DNA of 64,000 nt from the NCBI RefSeq assembly GCF_006345805.1, contig NC_043006.1:32860001-32924000 (forward strand). The letters are read 5' to 3'. Under the pieces are notes generated by a model that searched no databases, was not told where the DNA came from, and was given only the letters and a program-made list of their open reading frames with translations. Below are positions 40,292 through 54,447 of this stretch, piece by piece. Both the position numbers and the translations under genes were made by a program. The stretch is from Octopus sinensis. Lineage: Eukaryota. Numbering within the stretch: position 1 is the stretch's first letter; every line of letters starts with the position of its first letter.

Positions 40292-40539
40292 ATATATATA
40301 TATATATATGTATAATAAATAGTTTAATATATACATAGATAATATTTACATATGCATATATACTATTCCAAATGCCCCCGGATAGCTAGTGATTGTCTTT
40401 CAGAGCTTCCATGATCAGGAATTGCTTTACTATGGCTTCAAATGTAAAAATCATTTGGGCTTTGTGGGGCATCCTAGAAATCGGGGATAAGGAGCCTAAG
40501 GGATCACACAAGATGATAGTCCCACGTGACTGATATTAG

Positions 40540-41610
40540 ATTTTATGCTGTGACACACTCTCCGTTTTCTTCTCTACTGATTGAGCTTCAGTGTCCTAAC
40601 CACTCTCTCTTTATGACAAGCTCTTTTTCTCCTCGTGCTGTAGATCTTGACAACCTCAGTCTGTCCTGCCTCTTCTATGTCGCTCAACAGTTCAGTTTGA
40701 ATTATATATGACACTGTACCGGTTCTACTGATTTGTCTGCTCTCCATTTCTTCTCTTTTCCCTTCCATATGCCAGTTGGAAATCACTCTGTTGAAAAACG
40801 TTTGTGTCACCAAAATATCTTCATTAACGCCACTGAACAATAGCTGCAAACTCTTAATGGTCTTGTACAGAAATCACGGAGGCGCAATGGCCCAGTGGTT
40901 AGGGCAGCGGACTCGCGGTCATAAGATCGCGGTTTCGATTCCCAGACCGGGCGTTGTGAGTGTTTATTGAGCGAAAACACCTAAAGCTCCACGAGGCTCC
41001 GGCAGGGATGATGGTGATCCCTGCTATACTCTTTCACCACAACTTTCTCTCACTCTTACTTCCTGTTTCTGTTGTACCTGTATTTTAAAGGGCCGGCCTT
41101 GTCACTCTCTGTGTCACGCTGAATATCCCCGAGAACTACGTTAAGGGTACACGTGTCTGTGGAGTGCTCAGCCACTTACACGTTAATTTCACGAGCAGGC
41201 TGTTCCGTTGATTCGGATCAACCGGAACCCTCATCGTCGTAACCGACGGAGTGCTTCCACACACTGTACAGAACTGCACTGCCAAAGCCGTGCAAATGTC
41301 CTCTTCCCTTGTGAAGAGCACAGCTGATGTTCCTTTCAAGGAACTCGAATATGCCAATGAAATGTTTTCAGCACCAACCCTAATCGTCAACCTCGGTGGG
41401 AGCCAGAATTCAATACAACTGTTGGACTTTTCGATTGTAGTAGAATATATCGTCATTTGTTTCTCTTTAATGTATATAGAGACAGTTCTGAAGATTGAGA
41501 CACGGAAAGTTTTGACCAATTTCTCTTCTCCAGCACAAGTAAGCCTGACTTGCGAGCTTGAAACATATGGTGTTAGGGTAATAAGTTTAGCAAATAATTG
41601 CACCCTCAAC
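40540..41610 (-). mobile_element. Very decayed RTE-like LINE interrupted by the SINE at 40878
   Basis: Traces such as VDD, ISLAYSS and AVLYSV; higher GC than flanks; weak match. Confidence 0.35.
40878..41258 (+). mobile_element. SINE family C (tRNA-like head), tail type 1
   Basis: ggaggcgcaatggcccagtggttagggc (A box) ..ggtttcgattccc (B box); body closely matches 36159-36525. Confidence 0.92.
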
Positions 41611-44503
41611 CTACTCCATGCGGCACAAAATACTTGTCCTGTTAAATCTATGAATACATGTTGCTATCTTGGGTGTTATTCATGAAGCGCAGAATTTCTC
41701 TGTATTCTATCTGGGCAAACTTGTTCACTGTATTTATGACAAGAGCAAAAAGAATAGCAATCATTGCACAGCGTGTTATTATTTCTTTTGTAATCTAATG
41801 CCAATCAAAGGTCTCTGACCCAGGAATGGACCTAAGTTAAAATTACTGTAGCGATCCAGAAAATAATTCGTGATTTAATGAGAATACTTTGGCGGTTTTA
41901 ATACAAGCGAGATTAATCTATCTGAAATGAAGTCATAAATTTTGACTTGAACCAAATTCAAAATTGCTAGGTCATTTCTGTTCCTTATGGGTTTCTCTAA
42001 TAAGCTCAGTAATTAAGCCAGCAATACCCCTACAAATATTAACTTCAAGAATATGAACTCTTCTGTACAACTAGCAGTTTCAAGCTGAGGAAACCAAGTT
42101 TGAAAGAGTTTAAAGAGAACATTATGTGTTGCTCTCAGCCTTTGCTTCAGGTTCAAGTGACTCGCTTTTCGTAGATTAAGGTTATCTCAAGTTCAGCTGG
42201 TATAAGGATGAGAGCTGCCAACAATTCTGATGGAAACGAGGTGGTTTGGATTCCCAAACAGGAAACCTCAAATAATATTCTGTTTCACTGGAGGAAGTGC
42301 GTTTCTCAAGCAAAACGAATTTCTGCTCAAAAGCATGTAGCTAGGCCTATCAAACATCTGTTAGGTTCGAACTTCATTTTGAACATCGCATCGTTCTGGG
42401 CATCGTGGAGGGAAAGATGATCTTCCTCTGTTGAATAGATTGCCACTCCCTGAATTATTTGATTTGTGGACTTGTATACCTACATCTATTGAAACACACA
42501 CACACATGCACGCGCGCGCACACACACACATATACACACACAAACACAAACGCAAACTCACACATCACCGCATGTATCGATTAGACAGCGTGTGTACTTT
42601 TAAGGACGATAAATAATTATCTGCTTATTATTTGTGATTGGAATCATACTCGCACACGCAAATATACACTCACACACATACACATACGTACATACATACA
42701 TATATACATACATGCATATACTCATACATACATACATACATACACACACACATACACACACACATATATATATATATATATTGGTACATTAAATCACTAG
42801 ACGGTTAAACGAATCGACGAATTGATAAGGCGTTTCGTTTTCAATCAATATATTTGATTCTATAAAGTTGAATGTCGTTACTATTTCCATTATAAATACT
42901 TTTAATCATAAATGAAATCTATAAAGAATATTATTTATTGTGTTTCTATTTTTTTCGCTGCCGGACGAAGACTCACTTTAATAAGTTTTCATTTTATATA
43001 AAGAAATCGTTGTTTTTTTCACATTTAGTTATTTTGGGTGTAAAGAATGCAACATTATCTGGTTCAATGTACAGAGTGTCTCGTAGTATTTCTTTAGAGC
43101 CATTTACATTTTGAGATGAAATCATCCGAAGACCTACAACATTGCTTCTCGTCCTTTAAATTCCATCCACGCATGTATTTTTTAATTTTTTTGGGGGCGT
43201 TGCTGTTGCCAGAGTCGGTAGAGCGCCAAAGAAAAATGCTTGTAAGCGCCTTATAACGGAGTTACATGGCTACAAATTAGAAATGATGTGAAGAGATTGC
43301 TATATCGAAGATTCTATTTAGCGCATAGTTTGAGAGGCAGCGTCCTCTACTCATAGATGTTGCTGTCGTTCTTTTAGATAGTTTGAACTTCTCCTGGCGG
43401 AAGACACACAAGAGATACTCAAAGTCATAAATAACAGAGTAATAGCTGATCCTTAGTCTCTGCAACATCACTTTCTACCTTCATAACAGGGTACAGTTTA
43501 CAAGGTCTCGGTGGTTGTCAGGGATCGAAACAGCCCACCCGATGAAACGTAGTTTGTCATCATTTTCGTATTTTTTACCTGCCCAAACTACTACACACAG
43601 GCGGAAACAATTCAAGGGGTGAGAACAGAACCAAAGCAGCTAACAACCCACTTTGTGTTGCATGGATCCTTACAGCGGTTAAACGTCGATAAGTGAGTAC
43701 TTCACCTATCTATTTATTTCGATGAGTGAGTGTTTTTATCTATCAGTTCAGCCCAATGTTCATCTCAGCCTTGGCCTTGAAAAGCAGGTCCAAGGTCCCG
43801 TTGGATTTACGTGTATCAATGGATGTAATGCTGCTCCTTGTATCTAGAAATTCTCTCGGTTGCCCTTTTGATGCATAGATACGTTGGTTTCCTCTGTGAT
43901 CGCTCTAAAATAAATTACTCGGACAAAGTGACAGAGAATTTACAAATACAGTTTGACCATAGCTATATCTGAGCCAGTGTTTTGTCTATAAGTAAAATCA
44001 TCTTATTTGAAATAATACAGGTAAAATAATTTTTTCCACTAATGTTTTCGCATGACGAACCTTGAGTGTATGTGAGATCTAGTGTTGTTGTTCTCATCAC
44101 TGCTGTTTTACTGGTTAAGTATTAGAATTATTTTCGATTCAACAGAAGTTTTGTCTTTCCAAAAGGTCTCTGTCTAATACGAGTTCATGCTTTTTATTTT
44201 TCATTGTTTAGCACTTGCACAAACATTTTAATCCTTCTTTGAAAGGGCAGACATTAAAAACAAATCAAACGTAAATGTTGTCATAAAGTGTATCTTTTCT
44301 CCAAAAGAAAGAAAAATGCCAACAACAAATAAATTGCATTGGATTGTCATCTCATAAATGCAGAATCTTTTTCAAACCTCAAATATGAACGCAGGATTGT
44401 TTTGCTATATGTATTATTGTTTCAATGGTCATGTTCGCTCTCCCTACATGCTTTGCATCATTTCTTTTCTCTATCTTTGTCGCTATCTCTCTCACTCTCT
44501 CAC

Positions 44504-44577
<74 letters not shown>

Positions 44578-45178
44578 CTTTCATTTCTCTCTCCGATCTC
44601 TCCATCCATTTCTCTCTCTACTTCTGACATTCTCACTCACATTACTCTGATTTGCATTCCCAGAATGCTAATCTCTCTTTCCAATCACTTTCCTAAGCCT
44701 ATTCAAACCTGCTACCATTCTTTTCATATTCAGTTCTCTCACAGACCACGCTAATTTCTGCATCACGGAGCTAATATTCTCATTCGCTCAAGAACGACTC
44801 TTCTAAACTCTAATGTCACTATCCATCTGTTTTACAGTGTTAGGTACGTTTTCTTTATTTTGGCCTATTTTCATTGAAAAATACTAATGATTCACGTCTC
44901 TCTTTCCCAATCACCAATTTACGCCTGTTTTTCTGTCTAGCTAGAGATTCTGTCCTAAAGCATGGCAAGTAGAGATCATATGAGGACAATTATTTTGTTT
45001 GTTCTGCTTTATGTTTTCGTTAACAATACACAATTTCTCCAAGCAACGACTCCTACACAATATTTTCCACACACCACCAACAACACACACACACACACAC
45101 ATAGTATAGTATATATATGTATATATATATATTAATACATACATATACATATACATATACATATATATATATATCTAT

Positions 45179-45231
<53 letters not shown>

Positions 45232-45778
45232 GCTTTTTTCAGTCTATTCTCCTCGTAGTACCATATATATATATATATATATATATATAGTGTATTTTGC
45301 TACCCAGGTATCGGTTATCTTTTGAATAATCCGTAACAAGATAATTCATTTATCCATTTCAATAATATATATATATATATTATATATTATATATATTATA
45401 TATTATATATATATATATATAATATAATATAATATAAAATAATATAATATATATATAATAAGAGTAAACAATAGCTTTAATGGTTTTTTAAAAAACCAAC
45501 AATTATTTACTGGTTGATTTCGGCATGTAAATATAACCATTAACGGTAGGAACTTCTGTAAAAGTTCAATATATATTTTGTATATAAATAAAAAAGGCAC
45601 GCAACAGTTCGTAAATAACTGTTAGACTTTGTTTTCGTTTTTCCTTCCTTCTGTTTTGCATATGTGAATTACAGGGATATGTCGTATGTGGAGTCTTATT
45701 TGTAGAAAATAGAAATAAGCAGTCTTTGACTGCTATTTCTAATTTTTCCGGTATGTGGCTAAGCAACCTGTTGCTTGC

Positions 45779-45822
<44 letters not shown>

Positions 45823-45897
45823 GCCATGATAGATCGGTAGCCACTAAATTTTTTTTTTTTTCTCTCCCTGTTATTTCTGTGTTCCTTTCTGTTTGAA

Positions 45898-45997
45898 NNN
45901 NNNNNNNNNNNNNNNNNNNNNNNNNNNNNNNNNNNNNNNNNNNNNNNNNNNNNNNNNNNNNNNNNNNNNNNNNNNNNNNNNNNNNNNNNNNNNNNNN
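45898..45997. other. Assembly gap (100 N)
   Basis: Run of n. Confidence 1.
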
Positions 45998-46766
45998 TAT
46001 CTCGTTATTACTTTTGTTATCTTTGGCCGCTGGTCACAAGCTCTTGGCTATGACAGCCCAGTCTATTCATCTGTCTACTGGAAAAAGACACTCATTCACT
46101 CCACGCACACTCTTAGGACGTTATTTCACTCATTCGTACTCCATACACATACACGCACGCACGCGTTATATTCCTACATACATCCATCTAATACATTAAG
46201 TATATACACATCCGGGGGCGTTACCTACAGAGTTAGTGTCTACACTCTTAGAAGGCTAGTCAATATATATACAACCAATAAATATAAATAACACACACAT
46301 ACATAAAACCTACATAAAAATACATACAGTATGTATATAATATATATATATATATATATATTATATATACATATATATATCTATTATACATAGATTATCT
46401 TACATATATACTACACATACATACACACCCCATATATACACACAATACGCATACACACACATATACCATATATATACCCTACACGCACATACACATGTAA
46501 CGTACCCATACACACACACCACGCGCGCATCCAATATATACACATAAGCACACACATGCATACAAGTATACATGTATAATGCTTACACATACACACACAC
46601 ACACGCGCCCCTTATATTCATACACACGCATACTCAAAAAATAGCTAAATAGTAAAATATATATACGCGCAGTTTTCGTACATATACTCAAAAAAATATA
46701 AATATAAATATAAGTATAGACATGCATTCTATTATATGGACGGATACATACATATACAACTTACAC

Positions 46767-46803
<37 letters not shown>

Positions 46804-47833
46804 TATTACATATACATACTATTTATATATACACATTACACATACACTTACATATATACATACAAATACATGACATATATACCACACACACATACACATA
46901 CATATATACATTATATCATACTTACACACATTTACATATAAATACACATTAGATAACTACACGTACCTACATATGCATAAAACACACGAGCGTCGACGCA
47001 TATGTACATATACACACATACACATACACACGCATATATATACATACATACTTAACATACACATGTATTACACACACACCCATATATATATATATATTAT
47101 ATATACATATACATACACATACACATATCTATCTATATCTATATATTATATACATATACATATACATATATTATATATACATATATATATATACACCCAC
47201 ATATACATACAACATATATATACACACACACACACACATACAAAACACATACATACACATATACATACATATACACACACATATACACAATAACATATAC
47301 AATACACATACCCACACATTATACAGGTGTGCAAACATACATACATTATCATACAAGCATAAGACACACTTAATTTACATATATACACACACTACACACA
47401 TATATACAATACAACATATACATACATACGTATATGCATACTCAAACAACACATTTACATAGTATATATATATATACGCGCATTTACACATACACATCCC
47501 AAAATATATATAATACATATTAAGTATATGTACATGCAGTTACTTATATCTAACATACTCGCATACAAATCATATATATATATATTACATATATATATAT
47601 ATACATATACACACACTACATATACCATATACATGTATAATATACACACACACATATATACACACAATCTAACAATTTACATACTACACTCACATACCTG
47701 CACATACCACATAACCCTACTACCTACATATACATCGAACACTCGAGCGTACACTCATTATATACACATATACACTATACACACACATACATATTACATA
47801 TACATTATACTATACAACTATATACATATAATA

Positions 47834-47878
<45 letters not shown>

Positions 47879-48090
47879 ACATACATATATAATTATATAT
47901 ATATATATGTATATATATATATGTGTGTATACGGTAGGCCTGTGAGTGTGGTGTGTATACACACATATATGTGTAGTGTAGATACATATATGCATGTGTA
48001 TGTGAAGTGTATATACATGTATATATATGTGGTACATGTATGTGTGTATGGATGTGTATATATGTTGCATGGTGTGTATGTTGATACAAT

Positions 48091-48460
48091 GTGCATAGGT
48101 ATAAGTGAGCATCTCTATATTTACCTACAAACCATATCCCCCCTTTTTTTTATCTATAGGTTTTTAGTTTGTATTTTTATTTAGAATTTTTTTATATATA
48201 TAGGTTTTTTTATTTTATTTTTTTATTTTTTATCTTTTATATTTTTTATTTATTCTTCTATCTATTTAACATGACTCCTTGACCACTCCCCAAGTATGAT
48301 ATTTTGTGCTACTGCCTACCCGCCATAAAAAGTCTACCCACAACACCCCGACAAACTGCCTAAATGTATAATGCCAATACAATTCACATAAATAGCTTCC
48401 TGAAGAGTTCTCTTAAATGAAACAGTACATAGTCATGTAGAAGCTCCTTCATATAATAAT
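48091..48460 (+). repeat. Second copy of the PLE pseudo-LTR (direct repeat of about 50542-50898)
   Basis: Shared blocks gtgcataggtat, tgactccttgaccactccccaagtatgatattttg, ctgcctaaatgtata, agcttcctga and tgtagaagctccttc; many small indels between the copies. Confidence 0.85.
48394..48445 (+). ncRNA. Minimal type I hammerhead ribozyme motif in the PLE pLTR
   Basis: agcttc-CTGAAGA(48400-48406)-gttctcttaaat-GAAAC(48419-48423)-agtacata-GTC(48432-48434)-atgta-gaagct. The flanking agcttc/gaagct can pair as helix I, offset by a 5-nt bulge. Confidence 0.6.
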
Positions 48461-49009
48461 CAACATACTCTGCATGATTGAGTACCTTATTTATATGGTT
48501 AACCCGAATCAACCGGGACCTACATATATTATATATACATATATATATACATACATACATACATACACATATACATACATGTACATATACACATACACCC
48601 ACTATATATACACACACATACCTATATCAACAATTGAGGGTAAAGTTAATTAGTTATTAATCAATTTCACAAGTATTCAGTATGTAAAAGGACCATTATA
48701 TTTATGAGTAAACAATGTCTGAGGGAAAATATTCTCTAAGTAGTGGAAGAGGCTCAAAAAACTTTTTGGCTGCTATTTCTAGAAAGTTCATATGCGGCAA
48801 AGCAATCCATTTCACTAAGCCCTAATTATATAATATTTTATACATACATACACATACATACACACATACATATACACATACATATGCATACACACATGAT
48901 ACACATATACAAGCGTGCACATACAATATGTGAGAGGTCTTAGGAGAAAAGGTAATCGGGGGTGCTAGGGGAACGGTGGGTTTGGGGGGTTATTGTGGGT
49001 GGGGTGTCA

Positions 49010-50050
49010 TCAATCTGGTTGCCGGGTAGGTCTATAGTTCTTGTAGTTCGCATACTTCTTATGCATACAATTTCGGGAGTGTTCTGAGATTTTGTTAAGG
49101 AGAGGGCCTTTGAGAACAATATCTCTAGGCTCTCCGATATGCAGAGGTCACAGCAGGTATGGCCTCCTGTGTACGAGCGCGCCTTCTGTAGTAGTTTCCA
49201 CTTGGTCTTGAAGGGGATGGAGTTCCTTTTAAGGTACCAGAGGGCGGCGAGGGTGTTTGGTTGGATTTATCCTGTCGCCGGACGAGTGTGTGTGTGTGTC
49301 TTAAAGCTGTTTGACGTCATTCCTATGTAGGATTTTTTTTTATCGTCAGGGCCTGATCTTACCTCGCATGTATATACTAGGTCCCTCTGTAGGCAGTTGT
49401 TGTTGAGGGGCAGGTGGTTTTATCAGGGCAGTTGCAATTGCTATGGACGTTGGATGGGCCTCGGAAAAAGTAGATATGTTAAGTTTTTTCACATTGTTGT
49501 GGCTAGGTTCCTGGCTAGATTGGGCGTGGTAGAGTAGGAGAGTCTAATAGTGTTCTTATTTAGGATAGTGTAGTACTTATGTTGGGTGGGGAAGTGTTTC
49601 TGTAGGAGAGTGAAGAAGATTTTTGCTACAGGTGTAGCGACCTCACGGTTGAAGGGGGGTTGTACCAGCTAATGTGTCTTCGTTTATTTTTCCTGGGTTG
49701 CCGTGGGGCTATACTGGTATAGGTAATCTTATCTTTGAAGCCACTGCGGGCCAGGGCCTCGTTGTAATAGGGGGCTGCGGCCTTAAAGATATCTTCCGAG
49801 GCGGACAGGCTAGAAATTCTAATTGAGACACTTTTACTAGGTTATCTAATATATTTTGGGGTGGTTGGAATTAATATCTATATATTTAAGGATTCATTCG
49901 GTTTGTGGTACGGGTAATAAAGTGAGGTTTTTAAGTCGAGGGTGACATCAAGGAAGTTAGCTTAGTTAAGTAGATTCTAAGGTAATCCTAAGGCCTAAGT
50001 TTTTAAAGAAGGTGTAAGATTCTTCCGGAACCCATCCGTGGTCCTAGCGC
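49010..50050 (-). mobile_element. Penelope-like retroelement (Naiad-type), 5'-truncated, frameshifted ORF: RT thumb, CxCx5C linker, GIY-YIG endonuclease
   Basis: Manual minus-strand translation across frameshifts gives FFKNLGLRIT, NFLDVTLDLKTSLYYPYHKPNES, YIDINSNHP, RISSLSASEDIFKAAAPYYNEALARSGF, RRHISWYNPP, KHFPTQHKYYTILNKNTIRLSYSTTPNL, CNCPDKTTCPLNNNCLQRDLVYTCEV (first three Cys at 49410-49436), SYIGMTSNSFK (YIG at about 49321-49329), WYLKRNSIPFKTKWKLLQKARSY, CDLCISE and RNCMH. These motifs are typical of PLE RT/GIY-YIG proteins; the CxCx5C linker is characteristic of Naiads. Confidence 0.9.
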
Positions 50051-50895
50051 CAAAGATAACAAAGTAATAACGAAGATAATAAAATAAAATTAGGGAATGG
50101 GTCTGTATTTGTATGTGTATATATATGTGTGTATGTGTGTAGGTTTGCATAGGTACATATGTATATATATACATGTATGTATATGTATGTGTGTGTATAT
50201 GTGTGTGTATGTGTATATATGTGTATATAGGGACTAGTGTGCTGTGTGTGTGCATGTGTGTGTGTGGATGTGTTGTGTATGCGTGTATGTGAGTATGTGA
50301 GTATGTGTGTGTATGTGTATATATATTTTTCTGTGCGTAATGTATGTGAGGTCGTGTGTGTATATATACATGTGTGTATACGTGTATGCATGTGAGTGTG
50401 TGTATGTATACATATATGTGTATGTGTAGATATGTATATGTATGTGATGTGTAAGTGTATATATATGTATATATATGTGTGTGTGTATGTGTGTATGTAT
50501 GGTATATATGTTTGTATGTGTGTGTATGTATGTATACATGTGTGCATAGGTATAGTGAGAATCTCCTTATTTACCTAAAACTCTATTCCCCCTTTTTATA
50601 TATAGGTTTTTTTATATATAGGTTTTTTTATTTTTTTATTTTTTTTTTATTTTTTTATTTTTTTATTTATTTATTATTTTATTTTTTATTTATTCTTCAT
50701 CTAATTTAACACTGACTCCTTGACCACTCCCCAAGTATGATATTTTGCGCTATGCCTACCCCCAAAAAGTCCCCCACCAACACCCCGTTAAACCTGCCTA
50801 AATGTATATAAATGCAATACAATTCTTGTTAACTAGCTTCCTGAGATTTCTCTTGAATGAAACAGTTCTAGTCCTGTAGAAGCTCCTTCTATATA

Positions 50896-50898
<3 letters not shown>
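50050..50898 (+). mobile_element. Inverted pseudo-LTR / 3' UTR copy joined to the truncated 5' end of the PLE
   Basis: Begins exactly where the minus-strand ORF homology stops. 50050-50078 (ccaaagataacaaagtaataacgaagata) is a near-exact reverse complement of 45998-46027. It ends in a hammerhead-like motif. Inverted pLTRs at 5' truncations are an established PLE architecture. Confidence 0.65.
50835..50884 (+). ncRNA. Hammerhead motif, second pLTR copy (core has a 1-nt deletion, CTGAGA)
   Basis: agcttc-ctgaga-tttc tctt gaat-GAAAC-agttcta-GTC-ctgta-gaagct; same position in the pLTR as 48394-48445. Confidence 0.5.
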
Positions 50899-50931
<33 letters not shown>

Positions 50932-51010
50932 CATGGTATCAAACATCTGTACATGCATTCTGTTATATACAGTTGTATATAGTGTATGTGCTGAGTATAT
51001 TTATATATTA

Positions 51011-51054
<44 letters not shown>

Positions 51055-51371
51055 TATATTTTTTTCATTTTTCATAAATTAATGAGTATGTGTGCGCATA
51101 CATATGGTGTAGTAAGGATCCCTGTATGGAAGTGCTATGAAACACAGTTATAAATACATAAAATGAGAGATGTTAGTTTGAAATATTCAATTCCTAATTG
51201 CTCTGCTTAAAATTAGACAGTAAGATTCCAATCTATTTCGGTTAGTTGTGCATGAGCATTAATAACATACAGTCTGTTACCAGACATTACACAAACTTTT
51301 GCATTTAATCATATACTTCCGCCCCGTGAAAATATTTGACAGATCAATTATATCAGGTTTTACGCATTGTC

Positions 51372-51562
51372 TCTAGGCCAGCAATTATGGGATGGGAATC
51401 GATTACATCGATTCCAGTGCATAACTCGTACATCTTTTATCGTTCCCGAAAGGAGGAAACAAGGTCATCTTGGCAATATTTGAACCGAGGACTTTAAGAC
51501 GGGTAAAATGTGACCATCCGTTTTGCTCGGCGTGTTAACGATTCTGCCAACTCGCTGCCTAA
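51372..51562 (-). mobile_element. SINE family A, decayed
   Basis: tcgattacatcga..ttttatcgttcccgaaagga..gttaacgattctgccaactcgctgcct. Confidence 0.75.
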
Positions 51563-52069
51563 ACAAAACATTTCAGATGAAAGCGAACTGGTTATAGTGC
51601 TTATATCATACCACAATTTACTGAATAATTCTTTCAAAATACAATTCTTTCTTTTATTCTCGCCCTTCCTCTCGCCCACCCTCTCTCTCCCTCTCTCTTT
51701 GTTTTGCATACATACCTGCTTCAGGTGATGTGAATTACCTGAACAAGTTATATGCGCACATCCACAGATACCTATAGAATGTATAAACACACACACACAC
51801 ACACACGCAAACACACACACACACACACACACACACGCGCAAACACACACACACACATATACACACACATACACGCCTGCATAAGAGTGAAGGGCCAATA
51901 GGTGTACACTAAGATGTTAATAGTTTCAGCATAAGACACAAATCTTTAACGACATGAGGCTCGTATATTTGTGCACCTACGTCACTTTGATAGCATGCGC
52001 TGCTCTCCCCTAATAATAATAACAATGATAATGATAATAATAATAATAATAATGATAATAATAATAATA

Positions 52070-52101
<32 letters not shown>

Positions 52102-52299
52102 TAATAATAATAAAGGCACAACACCTGCAATTTGGGGGGGAGGGAACTAGTCGATTATACCAGACCGTAAATACATCTCTATTGATGTATTTACATACAT
52201 ATTTAACGCTTCTTATAGATCTGCATTACTCAACATTAACATGGACCTGCAATGTTTTAGATAGCAATGGGTTGTAGGGTACGACACGTCTCTTACCAA

Positions 52300-52595
52300 T
52301 GTTCATCCATTGCCCATTAACTTTGATCTTAGTAGTGTTTAGGGTAATCAAAGGAAAATGAATGGGTCATTTCCCTTGGGTGATAAAGGAAAATATATTG
52401 GTTATGTATGCGGGGTGCTTCTAGGAGCCCTAGCCATCCAATTATAGATATTTATTAAACTGGAATGAACCTAGTAACAATCTGGATGTTACTTTAGCAT
52501 CTTTGCAAAGTTTTTAACGAAAATTCGTTATCGGGTGTAGCTGGCAAATTGACACAAACAGACATCCAAACAGACAACTTGCGTTTATATATGTA
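52300..52595 (+). mobile_element. Possible Helitron/Helentron-like non-autonomous end
   Basis: gcaaagtttttaacgaaaattcg..acaaacagacatccaaacagacaacttgcgtttatatat resembles DINE/HINE-like termini; a related segment may lie at 7830-7925 in the opposite orientation. Confidence 0.3.
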
Positions 52596-53595
52596 TATAT
52601 GTATATACATACACACACACAAATACGCACATATATGTATATATATATATATATATTATATATAATATATTATATATATAATATATTACATATGCATACA
52701 TAGATACATATATTATGTATGTATGTATGTATGTATGTATGAATATTTAATATCTGTCTTTTGTATGAGAATATGTATCTGTAACAATCATCATTACTAT
52801 CTATGTATTTGTCTATGTATCTATCAGTCTATTTGTCAATGTGTGCGTCCGTGTGCGTATGTATTCGTATGTATGCGTGCGTGCGTGCGTGCGTGCGTGA
52901 TGATGTAAATGTAAACACACCTAAAAGGAGTGTACACATATGGTAATAATGTTCTCTTTGTAATCAAACCACCATTTCCTGAAGCGGTTTTGTTTGAATA
53001 ACAATCATTTGATTGTTAACCGAACAGAAAAATACGATATTATTTAGAAAATCTTGAAAGAATCAATAAGACATCTGAATCTATATATTTTTTCAAACTC
53101 CTGAAAATATTCAAGCATCTTTAGCATTCTATGCACGAATATATACTCAATCGCAAAGAACTATAAACATACGTAGGTTCGTTCCGGAGTCAGTGTTTGT
53201 TTTACGCTATTCTGTGCATATTTGCATATTTGTAACAGAATATATATATGTATATATATATATATATGCATATATATATATATATTGTTATTTAAAACTT
53301 ATATATATATGTATATACGTATACATATATATGTATATGCCTGTGATTGTGCATCTTGTGGTTATATAAGTATATATATATACTTCTTTGTATGAAAATC
53401 TGTTATAAACGCTTTAGATGGTAATTGTATTTCTGTTCGGTTGGGAACGCTGTCTTTGTGTTGACAGCAGTTTAAATCAGCCTTTCAATTACTGCAATAA
53501 TATTCAATGTTTATATGTGCGCAAAATATATACATACATATATGCATAGACACACACACATATGTATATATATATATATATAATATATATATATC

Positions 53596-53629
<34 letters not shown>

Positions 53630-53637
53630 ATATATAT

Positions 53638-53680
<43 letters not shown>

Positions 53681-54066
53681 CATACATACATACATACATA
53701 TACATCTATATATGTTTTCACATACAAACATATGTGTATTCATATATATTCATATATATGCAGATATAGTTATATATATATATATATATATAGTTATATA
53801 TAGATATAAATTTATACGCTTATATATGTATATATGACTATGTTTATGTATATATAAACAAGTGCTTTTCGGAAAAATGTGAAAATATTAAAAACAAACT
53901 TCCACAATATTGACAGGTATATTTCCGTCTACATTATTTCTATGTATGTATGTATAAGTGTCACCGTGAATGCATATATACCTGCACAGAATAGTTCATG
54001 TATACATATATCCACACACACACACACACACAAACACGAACGCACACACATGCACACACCCATATA

Positions 54067-54447
54067 TGGGCCTATCTGTGTAGTGAGAAGCTAGCAACAT
54101 AGTTTCGGGTTCAGTCCCACCTGTGTGGCACTTTGGGCAAGTCTCTTCTTTATAACCACGGGCCGACCAATGCCTTCTGAGTGTATTTGGTAGATGGAAA
54201 GTGAAAGAAGATCGTATACACGTGTGTGTTTGTCTTTGTGCGTGTGTTTGTGCGCCACCTGCGCTTGACAACAGGTGCTCGTGTATTTACGCCATCACAA
54301 CTTAGCAGTTCGTCAAACACACAATTAAAATAAGTACCAGGCTTAAAAATTAAGCACTGGTGTCGATTAATTCTACTAAAAATTCTTCAATGTGGTGTCC
54401 AAGGACGGCCGCGGTCTATTGTCTCAAACAAGTAAAATATAAAAGAT
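54067..54447 (+). mobile_element. SINE family B, decayed
   Basis: gggttcagtcccac..ctttgggcaagt..tttggtagatggaaagtgaaagaag..ataagtaccaggctt..aaacaagtaaaa. Confidence 0.85.

Noticed and set aside
40878-40955. tRNA gene
   Set aside because: A/B-box head continues into a repeated SINE body; no closed acceptor stem. The same applies to the family A and B heads.
41251-41685. 144-aa ORF as a host gene
   Set aside because: Overlaps a SINE end and decayed LINE-like sequence; no domain or splice support.
42060-43900. RTE 5'/endonuclease remnants (42060-42420 +, 43270-43900 -)
   Set aside because: Resemblance too faint to support by eye.
46280-47900. Encoded information in the irregular CA/TA tract
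   Set aside because: Adjacent to the gap, and the nearby ORF and repeat show dense small indels; the irregularity is best explained by unpolished sequence.
49130-49440. Selenocysteine recoding in the Naiad-type ORF
   Set aside because: Some Naiads have in-frame TGA at Cys positions, but the CNC..C..C and CDLC cysteines here are TGC/TGT codons.
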